NCBI GenBank assembly: GCA_002245135.1
Contig: NGBS01000311.1
Location: 1-64,000, forward strand
Direction of reading: 5' to 3'
Source: Proteromonas lacertae
Taxonomy: Eukaryota
Length of the DNA stretch: 64,000 bases
The position numbers and the translations under genes are program-made. Positions 11,703-26,551 of the stretch are shown piece by piece. Each line of letters begins with the position of its first letter. Positions within the stretch are counted from its first letter, which is position 1. Below the pieces are notes generated by a model that saw nothing but the letters and a program-made list of their open reading frames with translations, was not told the origin of the DNA and ran no database searches.

Positions 11703-14409
11703 CTAATTTTCACAAGTAGAATATTGATAAAAACATCCAAAATCAGGAAATTCATCACCTTCTTTAACTACATATTCTTCTTGAACAAGTAAAGGATCAG
11801 TTTTAATATCAGGAATCTTATCTTCACTCATATATAATGAAAAATATCTACAATCTTCTTTAGTAGTTAATGATGGAATATATGGAGGTGTTTTTTCTTT
11901 CCTTAAATACAAATTCCAATCAATTCCATTAAAAAATGGATGATCTTTAATCTCTTTAACATTCCCTCTCACACCTAATCTTCTAGAAGGATCTTTCTGT
12001 AATAATTTTCTAGCTAAATCCTTTGCAATTGGTGACATTCCGTGTATTTCAGGTATAATTGACGTTTTTACTATGTTTCGTAATGTATCATGATGAGTTT
12101 TACCTATAAATGGATGTTCTCCAGTGATCATTTCACACATCATGATACCTAAACACCACCAATCTATTTGATAACTATGACCTTTTCTAAGTAATACTTC
12201 AGGCTATTTAATTATATATATATATATATATATATACAGCCATATATTGTTCAGTCCCACAGAATGAATGTGTAGAAAAATCAGTTGTATCTGAATCTTT
12301 AAACCATCTTGACAATCCAAAATCAATTATTTTGATATGACCATCTTTGTTGATTAATACATTCTCTGGTTTTAAATCTCTCTATAAATAATAATAATAA
12401 TAATAATAATAATATATATAATACATATATAATGTTATGCGAATGAATGTATTCTAAAGCCAATATAATTTCGACTAAATAAAACCTTGCTCTAGATTCA
12501 GAAAACACTCCATATTTTGATAAATGTAAAAACATATCTCCACCCTATTATATAATACACAATAATACACATTAAATACTTGTACTAACTCCATAACAAT
12601 ATACAATGCAGGTGTACTTTGAAATGTACATTTCAAACTAACAATAAATGGATGTCTTAAAGTTGATAATAATTTCTTTTCTTGTTTTGTTCGAAGGATT
12701 TGTCTTTTCTTTCTGATATATTCTTTAGAGATTACTTTCATTGCGTAATATTTGTGATTCAATTTACATTGTACCATAAACACTCTGCCAAAACCACCTC
12801 TACCAATTTCTTTCCTTATATTAAAGTCTTTTAAACTGATATTACCATCTTTTATGAATTCTAAAGAAGGGAATTTTAATTCATCTTTATTGGTGTTAGT
12901 ATTCTTTGGATTTTTAGTTGGTGAAATAACAGCGAAGCAATATAACGACGGTGGTATAATTAACTACAATAAAAAATAAAAAATAAAAAATAATATACTT
13001 TTAAATGACTATATTTTTTTGGCATCCACTTTTTGAATGAACCAATCATATTCACTTGAGAGATTAAAGTAATACGACAACTCTAAAGTTACAATAACAA
13101 ATAAATATAATTATATATATATATATATACATTATCACCAATTTCTTCAAACAAATATCCATGCAATAATATTTCTCCTCTAATATACTGTTTAATGATT
13201 GGAGTATCAATTTGTTCAACGGAAATAAAATAATGACAAAATTTATCTCTTCCAATACAAAACTTATCCTATAAAATATAATAATAATAATAATATATAA
13301 TAATATATAATATATAATACTTCTAAAACACTCAAATCTCTCCCTGTAGTTCCTAATCCTTTATTTTTACACCATAAATACATCAATTGTACACTACTCA
13401 TTCCTATACTATTATCATTGGTTTTATCATTACTATCTTTGGCTATACAAATAATAATAATAAAAATATAAAAATTAAGAAAAAAAAGAAGAATAAAAAA
13501 AAAAAATAAAAAAATATTGATATAATACATTTACTTTCATTATATGATAATGCACTTGGTCCTTTTATTCTTTGTATTGTATAATAACCTTCAATCCAAG
13601 GCATCCATTCTTTATAATTCGAAGGATTATCAAATGACTTTAATAGATTTGCTAATGATATTGGAACCACTGTTATGTATTTATAACAACTATAGTCTCC
13701 TTGTTTTAAAGTTCTATACACATTATGCTATTACAGAAAAAAATGAAATACATATATATATATATTTATACTTGAGTTTGACCATCTGAATATTCTTTAT
13801 GTTTTATCCATTTCGTATTATCACTTGATAATTCTGCATATATATTACCCCTGAGTCTATTGAAGACACTCTATCAATTAATTAAATCTATTAATTTACC
13901 ATGTATTCTGAATTATCTTTATTCTCAAATGAGTTATATAGATCTTCTACTAGTGGTATATTCAATACCAAACTATTCAATACAGTGTGAGAATTGAATC
14001 TCCATTTTGATATGATATCCTTTGTTAAAGGGTAATCTGATAAATGTCTTTCATCTTGATCGCAGAAAAATCTATAAAGTATTCTTTTATCCTATTTATT
14101 ACATTAAAACAATGAAATTTATACTTTAAATTGCATTGTGTTTTGTACAGGTAAAATTATGTGTTTCTTTATTAATAATTCACCTAATATTACACCTTCT
14201 TCACGACATTTAATTATTTCTTTTTCAAGAAGAATATCAATTGCATCAGAAGCAAAAAAAGAATTTCTTACTATTTTAAGAGGGATCTCATGATCGGAAA
14301 TATCACAGCAATGACGTATTATATGAATCACTAAATTTAGCCTCTTCTCTTCTGGATCTGTGTGTTTGATATCATCAGGATTATCCAGTTGAGGAGGTTT
14401 ATTTGACAT
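11703..14409 (-). CDS. DEP-START-AGC Ser/Thr kinase (multi-exon)
   Basis: DEP-like: [13 protein letters not shown]...[17 protein letters not shown]...FKDKEYFYRF. START-like: YKEWMPWI...LMYLWCK...GRDLSVL...[14 protein letters not shown]...[11 protein letters not shown]. Kinase: [46 protein letters not shown] tail HPFFNGIDW...PPYIP...FPDF. Confidence 0.85.
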
Positions 14410-14889
14410 AATATATTTATTGAATGATTGAAAAAATGATTTGCTAAGCAATAATGCTTAACGATTATAATATTTTGATAAAAACTAAAAAAGGATAATA
14501 AGCGGGATATATGATTTGGGATACTTTAAATATATATTTTCATCTTCATAATTTTGAAAAAATATATTATCAAACCTTATATATTCATGTAGCTTTTTCT
14601 TCGTAAGTAATCTTTCTCTTAAAAACACCTCATCGCCATCAATCTATCTGATACATACTATTAACTACATATAAAGAAATAATATTTCATTTAGTCATAA
14701 TATCAAAACAAAAATAATAAATAAATAATAATAGTTTGAATTTCGGTTTGAGACTTTAAAATTTTAAAATCGAAATCTTTCTCTAAAACACTTATCTTTG
14801 CTATTTATAAATAATCAACCATAAAATCATTAACTTCATTTTTTAATCGATCAATAAAATCATTCTCTAGTTTTAGTTTGTCAAATCTA

Positions 14890-16012
14890 ATGTCAGCAAG
14901 TATAGCAGAACGTGAATGTGATTTATATGAAGTATATTAACTATCTTATATATATTTAGACTATGCCAGAACATCCTGATACAGTGCGTTGTACTTGTTG
15001 TAATCATCGATGTATTATTCAACCAAATGACCATGGCAAATGTGATGTAAGATATAATAAAGATGGTAAATTGTATTTAGCTCTTTATGGCTATCCTTGT
15101 GCTTTACATATCGATCCAGTTGAGAAGAAGCCTTTGCATCATTTTCTACCAAGTACAACCATATATTCAGTTGGTACAGTAGGTTGTAACTTCAAATGCA
15201 CATTTTGTCAGAATTGGGATATTTCTCAAGCTGTATTCCAAAAAGAACAAGAAATAAAAGAATCTTCTAAGGCATCAAGTAGTGATATTGAAGATTTAGT
15301 AGATTCAATCCATCGTTTAGGAAGAGCAACAAATCCTGAGTATGTAGTAACAAGTGCATTAGAAAAAGGATGTAGTAGTATTGCATTTACCTATAACGAA
15401 CCAACAATATGGGCAGAATATAGTCACGACATAGGAACATTAGCGATGAAGAATAATATAAAGTGTGTCTATGTTTCGAATGGTTTTATGACAGAAGAAC
15501 ATATAAAATATATGAAACCATATGTAAAAGCCATTAATATCGATTTAAAAGCATGGAATCCCAAATTTTATCGTCAATTATGTGCAGCGAATGTAGAATC
15601 AGTTAAAAAGAGTATAGCAATCTGTCATAGAGAAGGTATATGGGTAGAAGTAACCACATTAATAATACCTGATTCAAACGATTCAGATGAAGAATTAACA
15701 AATATTGCTAATTATTTGGTGTCTATATCACCAGCTATACCTTGGCATATATCAGCCTTTCATCCTGATTTTAAAATGACAGACAAAACAAGAACTCCAA
15801 TACAGACATTAGAAAGAGCTTATAATATTGGTAAAAAAGCGGGATTGAAATTTATTTACGTTGGTAATGTTGTGGCTGGTGAAAAAGAGAATACTTTTTG
15901 CCCAAAATGTAGTGCTTTGTTAATTGAGAGATCTGGATATAGAATAAGAGTAATGAAAGGTTTTAAAGGTGTTTGTAAATGTGGAGAAGTAATTGAAGGA
16001 GTTTGGGAATAA
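14890..16012 (+). CDS. AmmeMemoRadiSam-system-type radical SAM enzyme
   Basis: Exon 1 14890-14931, 28-nt GT-AG intron 14932-14959. DPVEKKPLHHFLP, GCNFKCTFCQNWDISQ (CxxxCxxC), IAFTYNEPT, VSNGF, NIDLK, WVEVTTLIIP, PWHISAFHPDFKM, YVGNV, C-terminal CPKC...CKC. Confidence 0.88.
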
Positions 16013-16849
16013 ATAAAATTAATAAATTAATCTCTAAATCATTATTAATCTGTTTCTTTTTAATATATAAGTGTGTTATATTTATATAATTCTTTTGATA
16101 ATAATATCATTCAAATTCATAAATACTTAACCTATTATTATCAAATGATTAACGCAAATCCTTTTAAACCAATTGGATTGACTATATCATAGAATCTACT
16201 TCATTATCACTTTTTCTTTAATCTAAAAAAAAATAATAAAACATAGATAGTTGATTATTCTTTGATAATAATGAGAATAATACATCATCTACAAATGAAT
16301 TTAAGCAAAAACATATTTTTAAGCTTGAACATTAACAAGCTCAAAAAATTCAAAATAGAATCCATTGTGTTGTATAGATAGTTATAGATTAATATTATAA
16401 ATTCAAGACTGTGATGGAATTAAAAACGAAAAACTACACTTTTAGAAAGATTTAAAGGCCATTTATGTATGTATTATGCTGTAATATGATAATAAATTAT
16501 GGATCAGATGTATGTGCGTATTATAAAGATAATATAATAGTTTCATAGATAAATTATAATATTTTAAAGGATGTAGAATGTGTTAGGAATAGAAAAATAG
16601 TCGAAACAAAATGAAATATATAATAGTACAGTGTAAAATGATTATTGGAATAGATAAAAGAAATTATATTAATTTAGCTAATTCTGTTAGAAATACTAGT
16701 TGAATAGTATAATACGATTTATATTATTATATCTTATTAGATAATCTTTAATACAATAAATATACAAATACACAAATACTAGTGTATAATGTACAAAAAC
16801 AATAAATAAACTCGTCATTACAATCGTTTTTGAATCGTCATAGAAGTTT

Positions 16850-19800
16850 ATGATAACTCTCACATTCATTATTATTTGTATATTATTATATTATATTCTT
16901 ATAGGTTTATGCTTGCCATATTCAAGCGCTGTAGATTCTTTCAGTTATGAAAATTCAAAACCAGATTATGTAGTTGGAATTGAAATTCTTCCTAATCATC
17001 CAAACACCACTGTTGAGGGAGGAATATACTCGATTTCACCATCGCTCAGTAAGGGTTTAGCCTTAGATTATGATACAGGAGTAATTAGTGGTACTCCAGT
17101 AGAGCAATACTATACCACTTATATTGTCGTGTTAATGTCATTAACTGGTACAATAATGCAAGCCACTATTGAAATGAATAGTATATTATTTACATTAATT
17201 CTATAGTTTGGGATGTACCAACTACTTTAACATGTGGATTAGTTAAATTAACGATATTTCAAGATTATACAGATTCATTCCAGTGTAAAAGCGATAAAAA
17301 GGTAAAAAATTGGTCAATCAATTTCAATCCTTCTGGTTCATATCCTATTTCTATAACTAATGATGGAATTGTAAAACTGAATAAATTACCACCGCCGGAT
17401 AGTCCAATAACGTATATATATATATATGATGTTTAATAATAATAATAGATTAACAGTAAATGGAGAAAATCCAGCTGGAAAAAGTACTACTTCTACTTCA
17501 ATAATAATCTCAAAATTATCCACAGAAATCAAATATGGATTGAATATGAATGTAGATGATGTAAATAGTTTTACATGTGGTAATGATTACTCAATTAAGA
17601 CAATATATAATAATAAAAAGACTGTAATAGACAATTTAGATGGATTAGATGGAGAAGATGCTTATTCAGTGTGGGATACTAAATTAGATGGATTTTTATC
17701 AAGTCATAATGTATTATATTGGAATTATACAATGGAAGGATTGATATATGCTCCAGAAGAAGGTATTTACTCATTTCACAAGAATTCTGATTATACAACT
17801 TACAAAGTTTATATTGATGGAGAATTAAGCAATCTAAAAGAAATAGGTTATAGTTATAATTACTATTGGAGTTATTATTATAGTTATTGTAGTGCATGGG
17901 AATATTCAAATGACAAAATAGATGTTAATTTAACTACTGGATATCATCCAATCAAAATAGTTGGTCATTATTCGTTAAAAGAACAATTATGTGAAGATTA
18001 TTATTACTGTTATACACTCACAAGGAATAGTACTTATAAATTTTTGTTAAAATGGGAAATTCCTGGTAAAACAGAAGAAGAATCAATTAGTTTTTATCAA
18101 TTAGCTTCATATAATGTTGTTTCATATTTGATATTTGATAGTCAATATTATACAATGCCTTTAAATTCTTATTTTGAGATTCCATTCAAAATTGAAAGAG
18201 GAATAGCAAATGAATGTATAACAGGAGATGATAGAATAACAGTTGATCTTACAAACCATATATTAAAAGGACAAATCAATGTTGAAGGAAAGATACAATT
18301 AACAGTACAATGTTCAACAGATACTTCCACAACTAATATGGTATTTGTATTTGTTGATATAGTAAATAAATATGTTAAAGGAATAGTTGCTTATTATCTT
18401 AAATCTGATCATTTTGATAATAGTTGTAATAATCCTTATACTACTTCAACTGAAGGTGTTAAAACTGAGATTATTCGATTAGAAGATGAGATAAATGAAG
18501 AATATAATCCAATTCAATCTATTTGGGATGGTTTAACTCCAAATTTTGCAAGTGAATTTGGAGTAAATTGGGAAGGATATTTAAAGATAGAAACAGCTGG
18601 AAAATACGTATTCAATTTAACATCAGTTCAAGGATCATGGTTATCTATAGATTTTATTGAGATAATCAATCATAAAGGGATTCATGATTGGAGTTCTAAA
18701 ACAGGTAACATAATACTTGAGTGAAGGATATCACTTCATAAGAGTGAATTATATGAAGAATATTGGAGGCAAGTGGAATAAAACTATCCTATAAGAATGA
18801 GTTAGATTCTGAATATAAAGAGTTTAACGGTGTTTTATATTTTGTTCCAAGAGGAGATTTTGAATATCGAGTTAGTTATGCAGTTTATATAGTGAATAAT
18901 CGAATATCTGACAATATTCCTTATACTGAAGGAAATAAAGTAATAAGTGAATGTGTATCAAAACCTAGTTTACCTCCTGGATTAGAACTATCTGGTTGTA
19001 CAATTCGAGGAACACCAACAACAGTTCAAGATGTAACATCGTATGTGATAAGTGGCAAATTAGAAGATGGTTCAACAGTAAACACAACCATTCAAATGAA
19101 AGTGATAGGAGATACAAAACCACAAGGATTGCATTTAATAGATTTAGACAATAATGGAACAAAAATAACTGTATTGAATCTATTTATTGGAAATGAAAGT
19201 CATTTATTAATAACTATTGACAGTGGTGTAGTGATTTACTATAAATTACCAGTTATTCCTGATGGATTTACATATGATGAATTTACTGGAAGTATAACAG
19301 TTATTGCAACAGAATACATAACAAATTATGAATTAGAAATTCGAGCCTATTATTCAAATACTGAATTTGTAAGTACGAAAGTAATAACAAATGTAATAAA
19401 TGGATGTTCTGGTGAATATAAACCTCATTTTGTGAAAGTAGTTGATACAAGAAATCCAAGAGCCAGAGTTTCATGTAAATATGAATATGATAATGAAACA
19501 ATAATAATTGAATATGTAATTCCAGCAGGACCACTTCCATTATACTTTCCAGTTTTATGTTTAATTCCTGGAGATTACAAATTTTTTGCTTCTGATTATG
19601 AAACAGGAAGAGGAACATTTTTCCTTGAATTTTATACTGATGGAAAGATTGCTGATAGAAAAGAATTACAATATTATGCACTTAAAATATTTGATATAAA
19701 CACTATTCCAAAATCTCCAACTATAGAATATTCTAAAAATACAAGAGAAGAATATTTTTTGAATGAAGATATAAAAATCAAGCCAAAAATTCATTTACTA

Positions 19801-22800
19801 GATAAATGTGAAATATCACCAGAATTACCTTCATATTTGCATTTCAATACAACAAATTGTATTATAACTGGTAAAGTAACTAAAGCATCATCAAAACAAC
19901 TATATAGAGTAATTGGAACAAACGAAAATGGTTTATCAACAAGGTTATTGAATTTAACATTTTATGACAAATCAATGACTGAAGTATGTTCAAAACAAGG
20001 AAAAATTATTATTAATATTCATGTTAATGGAAGTGATGGTTCATCTCCAGTGGAATGGACATTTAGTCTTTTTAAATCATCTGATATGGATAATGAAAAT
20101 AAAAGTTCATTGATTGAATTAAATGGAGAAGATGAACAATGGGAAGAAGGTTATATCTATAAATATGATTATTGTTTATCAAATGATGAATATACAGCAG
20201 TTTATAGAACAAGTTCTACATATTATGGTTATGATAATGGTTTTATTGATGTATTAGTTGATGGAATTCCAGTGGATAGAACATCATTAGGTTATGAGAT
20301 AATGAAAATGGAAAAGAGTTTCTGTTCATCTCAAGATTATAATTATAGCACTCTTTGGGAAAATTCAATTCAATATGAAGATGGTTGGGATAATCCAACT
20401 ACTCAACATTCAACATGGTCAAAATCTAAATTATCAGAAATAAACAAAGTATCTGGAAATGTGATTTATATAAGAAAGATAGACACATTTAGTGATTTAG
20501 ATAAATACAATGGATTTGCTTTAAAAGTGAGTTATATAAGTGGAATAATAATAAAAGTGAATGGAAAAGAAATCTTTCGAAATAATTTACCAAATGGTGA
20601 AATATCTCCATCAACAATGGCAAATAATCGATATGATGGTTTAACTGATGAGGTATTTATTCTTCCAATTCCTTGGTTAGAAGAAAATCTAGTTGAAATC
20701 TCAATCGAATTACACAAATTCAATGGAGAAACCAATTTCCCTGAAATAAGTTCATCTTTATTAAGAATAATTGGAAGTGAACAAGATTGTTTAATTCTTA
20801 ACAAATATACTAAAAGAGTTACTGAAACAAATACAAAAAATACATATTTACATGTTGTATATGGTTTTGATGAAAATCCAAAATCAGAATGGTATAATAT
20901 TGAACCATTACCTGGTTGGGCAATAATGAGATATAAAGATCATTATCATACATATTTCAATCAGTTTAGTATTAATGCATATTCTTCATATAATTCTGGT
21001 CCAAAAGACTTCACAGTTGAAGGATTATATAATTCAAAATGGAATTTGATTGGTAATTATACTGGTATAACTTACTCAGATAATTTGAAGAGAGTATTTA
21101 CAAACTATAGTACATCTGTTATGTATTCAGCAATTAGATTCAATATAACAAAAACTACAAGTTCATCAGGTTATATTGATGTGTATGATATAAATTTCCA
21201 TTTATGTCCAATCAGATATTGTAAAGCAATAGAAGATATACCAGAAACTGTAACTGGAACAGAAATAACAATTGGATGTAAAACATCTGGAGTTTCAGGA
21301 AATCGAACATTTTATTGTAATAATGATAAATCTTGGAATGAAATTGAAAATACTTGTAATGAATCTCCAGTTTTAATGTATAAAGAATCATCTTATACAT
21401 TCAAAGCAGGTAGTTTTTATGAAAATGTTAGATTATTCACAGTTTCAGGAAAAGATATATTCTATTCAATGACAAGTGAAGTAAGTGGTATGAGAATAGA
21501 TAATTCAACTGGTTTAATATCTGGTCAACCATATATTGAACAATCTTCTAAACCAGTTTATTTCAAAGCCAGTAATCCATATTCAGGTGGTGATGGTTTA
21601 ACAATTGATATACCAATAACTATATTACCTTCGAATATTCCAATTAGAATCTGGAGTAATGAATCAGTGATATTAGATGCTGGTAAAGAATATAAAGATT
21701 TAAAAATATTATATGTGATAGGTGAAAATATTGAATATAAAGTAGATAAATTACCAAAAGGATTGAGCTTAGATAAAAGTAGTGGTATAATAAAAGATAT
21801 GACAATAGAAGAAACTTCAATGAGAAGTAAATTTACTGCTTCAAATAAAGTTGATTATGTTGATATGACAATTGAACTGAATGTGACATTACCAATCAAA
21901 CCAAATAATATAAAATATGAAAAAGAAGTAACAATGATATTTGGGGTGAGTTATAAAGATCTACAACCTTACCAATGTTTAGCTAAAACAATCTTATATT
22001 CAATTGAACCAACATTACCAGATGGATTGAAATTCGATGAAAATAGTGGAATAATAAGTGGAAAAGTGAATACTGAACCACCAAGTAGTAAATCATATAC
22101 ATTCAAATGTTACAATGAAAATGGTGAAATATCTAATCCAATCACAATAAATGTCGAAGAATCTGTTGAACCAGTAATAATTACACATTTTGACAGTATA
22201 ACAATTGAAGGTGGAAAAGAATATGAAGAAATAAAGTTGGGTAGAGTGACAGGAAAGAATTTAGTTTATTCAATAATACCTAATCTTCCATCCTCTACAT
22301 TGAAATTTGATTCATCTAGTGGAAGAATAAGTGGATATATAACAAGTAGTTTTAATTCAGTAAATACCACAATCTTAATAAGTGGAAGTGGAAAACAAGT
22401 TTCATTTACATTCATGTTAATATCATCAATTCCAACTAATCCTGTTATTATTCCATCAAGTAAAGTGCCAAGTATAAAATTCAAATTTGGTGAAGCTATA
22501 AAATCAATTTATTTATTTATTGCAGTTGGAACAAATCTTGAAATTTCAGTAAATCCTGAATTACCTAAAGGCTTATCATTAGATTCAAAATCTGGAGAAA
22601 TGTATGGATTACCATCAGAATATGCAGAAAAAACAAAATATACATTTACAATTCGAAATCCTCCATCCGTTCAAATTCAAACTGTAGAAGTGGAAATAGA
22701 ATTTGAAGCAATATATTGTGAATCTGATTCTGGATTTCCAAGAACTCCAGCTGAGAAAGGAGGAAAAGAAGTATCAATAAAATGTGGAGGAGCAGATAGT

Positions 22801-23061
22801 GGAATGAAGAGAAGAAAATGTTTATTAACAGATGAGAATAAAGGTGTTTGGGGTAAGATTGATGAAAGTGAATGTGAAACAAGTAGTGGAGCAATAGCTG
22901 GAATAGCAGTAGGATCAGTAGCAGCTGGTTTAATTGTGATATTAGTGGTAGTATTCTGTTTATTAAGAACAGGAATATTTAGAAAAAGAGCAAGATCTCA
23001 ATCTTCATTAAAAAGAATATCAATATCAGAAAAACAGAATCCAGATGGTATAAGGATGTAA
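16850..23061 (+). CDS. Very large type I membrane protein with putative-Ig repeats, two PA14-like domains and discoidin-like regions
   Basis: N-terminal hydrophobic signal; repeated PxLPxGLxxDxxxGxIxGxP units; PA14-like EGLIYAPEEGIYSF and FGVNWEGYLKIETAGKYVF; TM GAIAGIAVGSVAAGLIVILVVVFCLL plus basic tail. Three short 5' introns; two apparent +1 indels at ~18713-18762. Confidence 0.8.
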
Positions 23062-23363
23062 GTGGAATGACTAATGAATAACCCATCTTATAATTATTAT
23101 TAAAAATGTGTTTTGTTAAATTATTTATTTTATTAAATACAAATAACATTTAGATAGAGAAATAAACAAAAATATATTAAAATATTTATTCGTTCATATT
23201 TGAGTTGTATGAATAGTTATGACCCAAAGGTTGGTTACTATCCTTAAATTTTAAATTATTCTTCATTTAAGCGAATGAATTTAATACAAAGTAGTAATAA
23301 CACCTTAATCATTTTAGGGTGATAAATGAAGATCTATAAAAAACAATCACAAATAAAAAGTAA

Positions 23364-25915
23364 TTATTTAGAACAGCAACATAGTATTGCACATAGTATA
23401 GTTATAAGTACAACCAGTACAATACAACCTAAAATATTCCCTTTTATTACATCTTCTATGAATGATATGTAACTATCATCAGGATTGCATTCTTTTCCAA
23501 TAGAAAATGTTGTAGGAGAATTAACTCCACCTTTTCTGCTTATTGTGAATATTACATCAATTGTTACATATCCTTGTCTTCTACATTTGAAATTCAAAAT
23601 TAATGTTTTTGTATTTCCTGTTAATTCAGTTCCATTAAATATTGATCCGCTTAGTTTCACTTCACATATTTTTTTATTACTTACTTTAATTTTTGGTTTT
23701 ACTATTATTTCTAATTTAGTTTTTCTACTTCCTTATATTAAAAAAAAGGAATTAAAATAGAAACAAAATTTATAGAAAATATAAATAAAAAAGATATAAC
23801 AAAATAATATTCTGCAGTATTATGTGAAGAATCAATTAATTTTTCATAATCACGAGTAACATAGCCATTATCAATCACATCACCTGTTATACTACATTCA
23901 TGATTGCTTTTATAACTATTGTAATAATAGTAGAAACTTTGAAAAAATAGAGTTAAAACAACTAGAGAAAAATATAAAAAGTAAAAAAATGATATATCAT
24001 ATCCTGTTCTTACAGAATATGAATATATAATCTCTTTACATATCTTCAGCCAACTAAATGCAAATGAGGTATCTTCAACTAATATCTCTATCATTATACC
24101 ATATTCACCTTCTGCTATACATTTGTATTTCACTTCCATAATTATTTTACCACTTTCCTTGTTTATTGTAATTTTATCTTCATCTTCATATCCAACAAGA
24201 CTTATTTCAGCAAAAAACTCACTTAACTTTGAAGCATCACTAAACACTTTTGGATAATTAATTACTAGTTTTCTATCTTCTTCATTTTCTATGTAAAATT
24301 TTGAAGTTAATTCAGCCCAATGTACTTTTACTAAATCACTTCCTGGTAAATAGACTGCAGAAGTTTTACCTTTTTTAACAACATAAGTGTTTGAAGATGT
24401 TGATGTATAAATACTGGGTGTTATTGTGATTGGATATTCATTAGATGAAATGGAACATTCTTTATTGTATTCAAATATGAATTTTGGTAAAGATGTTACA
24501 TTTTTATTATTTGTATAGAGAATATCAAATGAGGCTTTTACATGGTTTATACCTTTTTCTTTGCATTGATGACAAATAATAAACTTTATTGATTCTTTTT
24601 CATCCCATATATCCTTTATGTCTTCTCCTATACTAATTAATCCTAACGATTTACTCAAGATCGAAATGTCAATTCCTTCTCCTTCTACTGTTGGGTATGT
24701 AATATTTATCATTCCATTTTCACTCTATATATATAATTTTATATCATTAATATACAATAAAATGAAGAACCAAACATTGTTGATTTCTTCCAATTGCAAC
24801 TGTATTGTGATTATTTCCAGAATATGCAGAGTTAACAACACCACCACTAATAATTACATGCTGAGATACTATATTACTATCATCTACTAATACATTAAAA
24901 CCTGGAATTGGCGGAGTTTTATAATCTTTAATAAATGAAAAATGTAATTCAATATATTTATAATTGTAGTAGCAAAATATATTGACTTTATATCTCTTTG
25001 ATTCTCCTGAGAAGATTATTTTTATTGATGTAGAACTATCATCTAATCTAATATTATTATCATAATCTTCCTCTAGATTACAATGCCTTATATTAGGTGA
25101 AATTTTACCACTTGGTATAATGTATGTGATTGGACCAACATTGTCTACATATAAATTATCGTTAAATGGATTAAAATTAGGATTTATAAATCCTTGATTG
25201 CTTATTAATTTATCATCAGCTTTTTCATTCTATGTATTTTTATATAATATCATTTATTTATACTATATATAGATTAACACCTTTCATCGTATTATTACAT
25301 AGTTTTGTAAAGTAGATATCAAAATTTATACTGTTATCATTTTTAATTCTAATTGATATTGATACTTTCACATTTGCCTTACCTATTTTATAACACCCAA
25401 AATGAATTTTAAAATCACCATCAAATACATCTTCTGATTCATAATCTATTATTGTATTACTTGCAAATGGCAAAACAACATCATTTACAGTTTTTGAACC
25501 AATAGAATATGGTAGTGCGGTTATATTTACTGTAAAAATGAATGAAGGAATTGTAAATTTTTTAATATCTGATATTCAAAATGATATATAGGCTTTAGAT
25601 ACCTTGGAAATTCATAAAAACATTTCATATAATCTGATTTATCTCCCACTATATTGTTCTTAATATAAGGGTGGTTAAAATGGCTTTTTAGAGATTAATT
25701 AAGAAGTATACTTTACAATAACTCCATTTTTTACTATATCATGTTTTCTGTTTACTTTACAATGCATATTCATTTTTGTAGAAGCCTATGTGGCACTATT
25801 AGAACAGAATATTTACTAAATCATGTATAAAAGTTTTTAATGATCTAGCTAAAACCATGAGATGAATATTAAGTAGAAATAAAGTCAGGATAGCTTTAAA
25901 ACAAGATTTAATCAT
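23364..25915 (-). CDS. Multi-exon surface/membrane protein with repeated Cys-bounded beta-rich modules
   Basis: Signal-like start MIKSCFKAILTLFLLNIHLMVLA; modules ending FDIYFTKLC, FEYNKEC, FSWLKIC, FSIGKEC; C-terminal TM ILGCIVLVVLITILCAILCCC. 3' end uncertain. Confidence 0.65.
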
Positions 25916-26551
25916 TACAAAAATTGTTTAAACATTGTTTAAACATTTATATTTCTTATTTTAGAGAGATATTTCTTTATTACTACATAGTTCAATCCTA
26001 TTAAATACATTTATCATATTTTTATGTAGAATTACCAACGCTAAAGTGTAAATTTCACAATACTTGACTAATATTTGTATTTAAATGATAGCATGGAATA
26101 AAAAGGATAGTAACACACATTTCGTTCATTCAATACTTTTAATACCAACAACACAGCATATAATCTCGTTTTTAACTATTCAACTACTGGTTAGTAAGAA
26201 TAAACATAAATATGAATTGCGACACACTTCATAAATTATATAAATATCACTTTAAAGAATAAATATAAACAATACATTCTTTAAAAAGAAAATTAAAAAA
26301 TGTGGGTATGTTTTCAGAATCTTCTAAAAATGTCCTATAAAACTTACGTCAATATATCTAGACGATAATATTGAAAAGTTATAACAAAAACTCAGAAAAA
26401 AATATGTAGTATAACACATTCATTAATTATTATGCCCAAGTTGGAAAAAATTACTTTCTATTTAGATAAAAAGGATATTGATGTTTATATGAAAACAGAT
26501 AATATATTAAACACACACACAAAACATTCAATATATAATGCAATTATTAAT

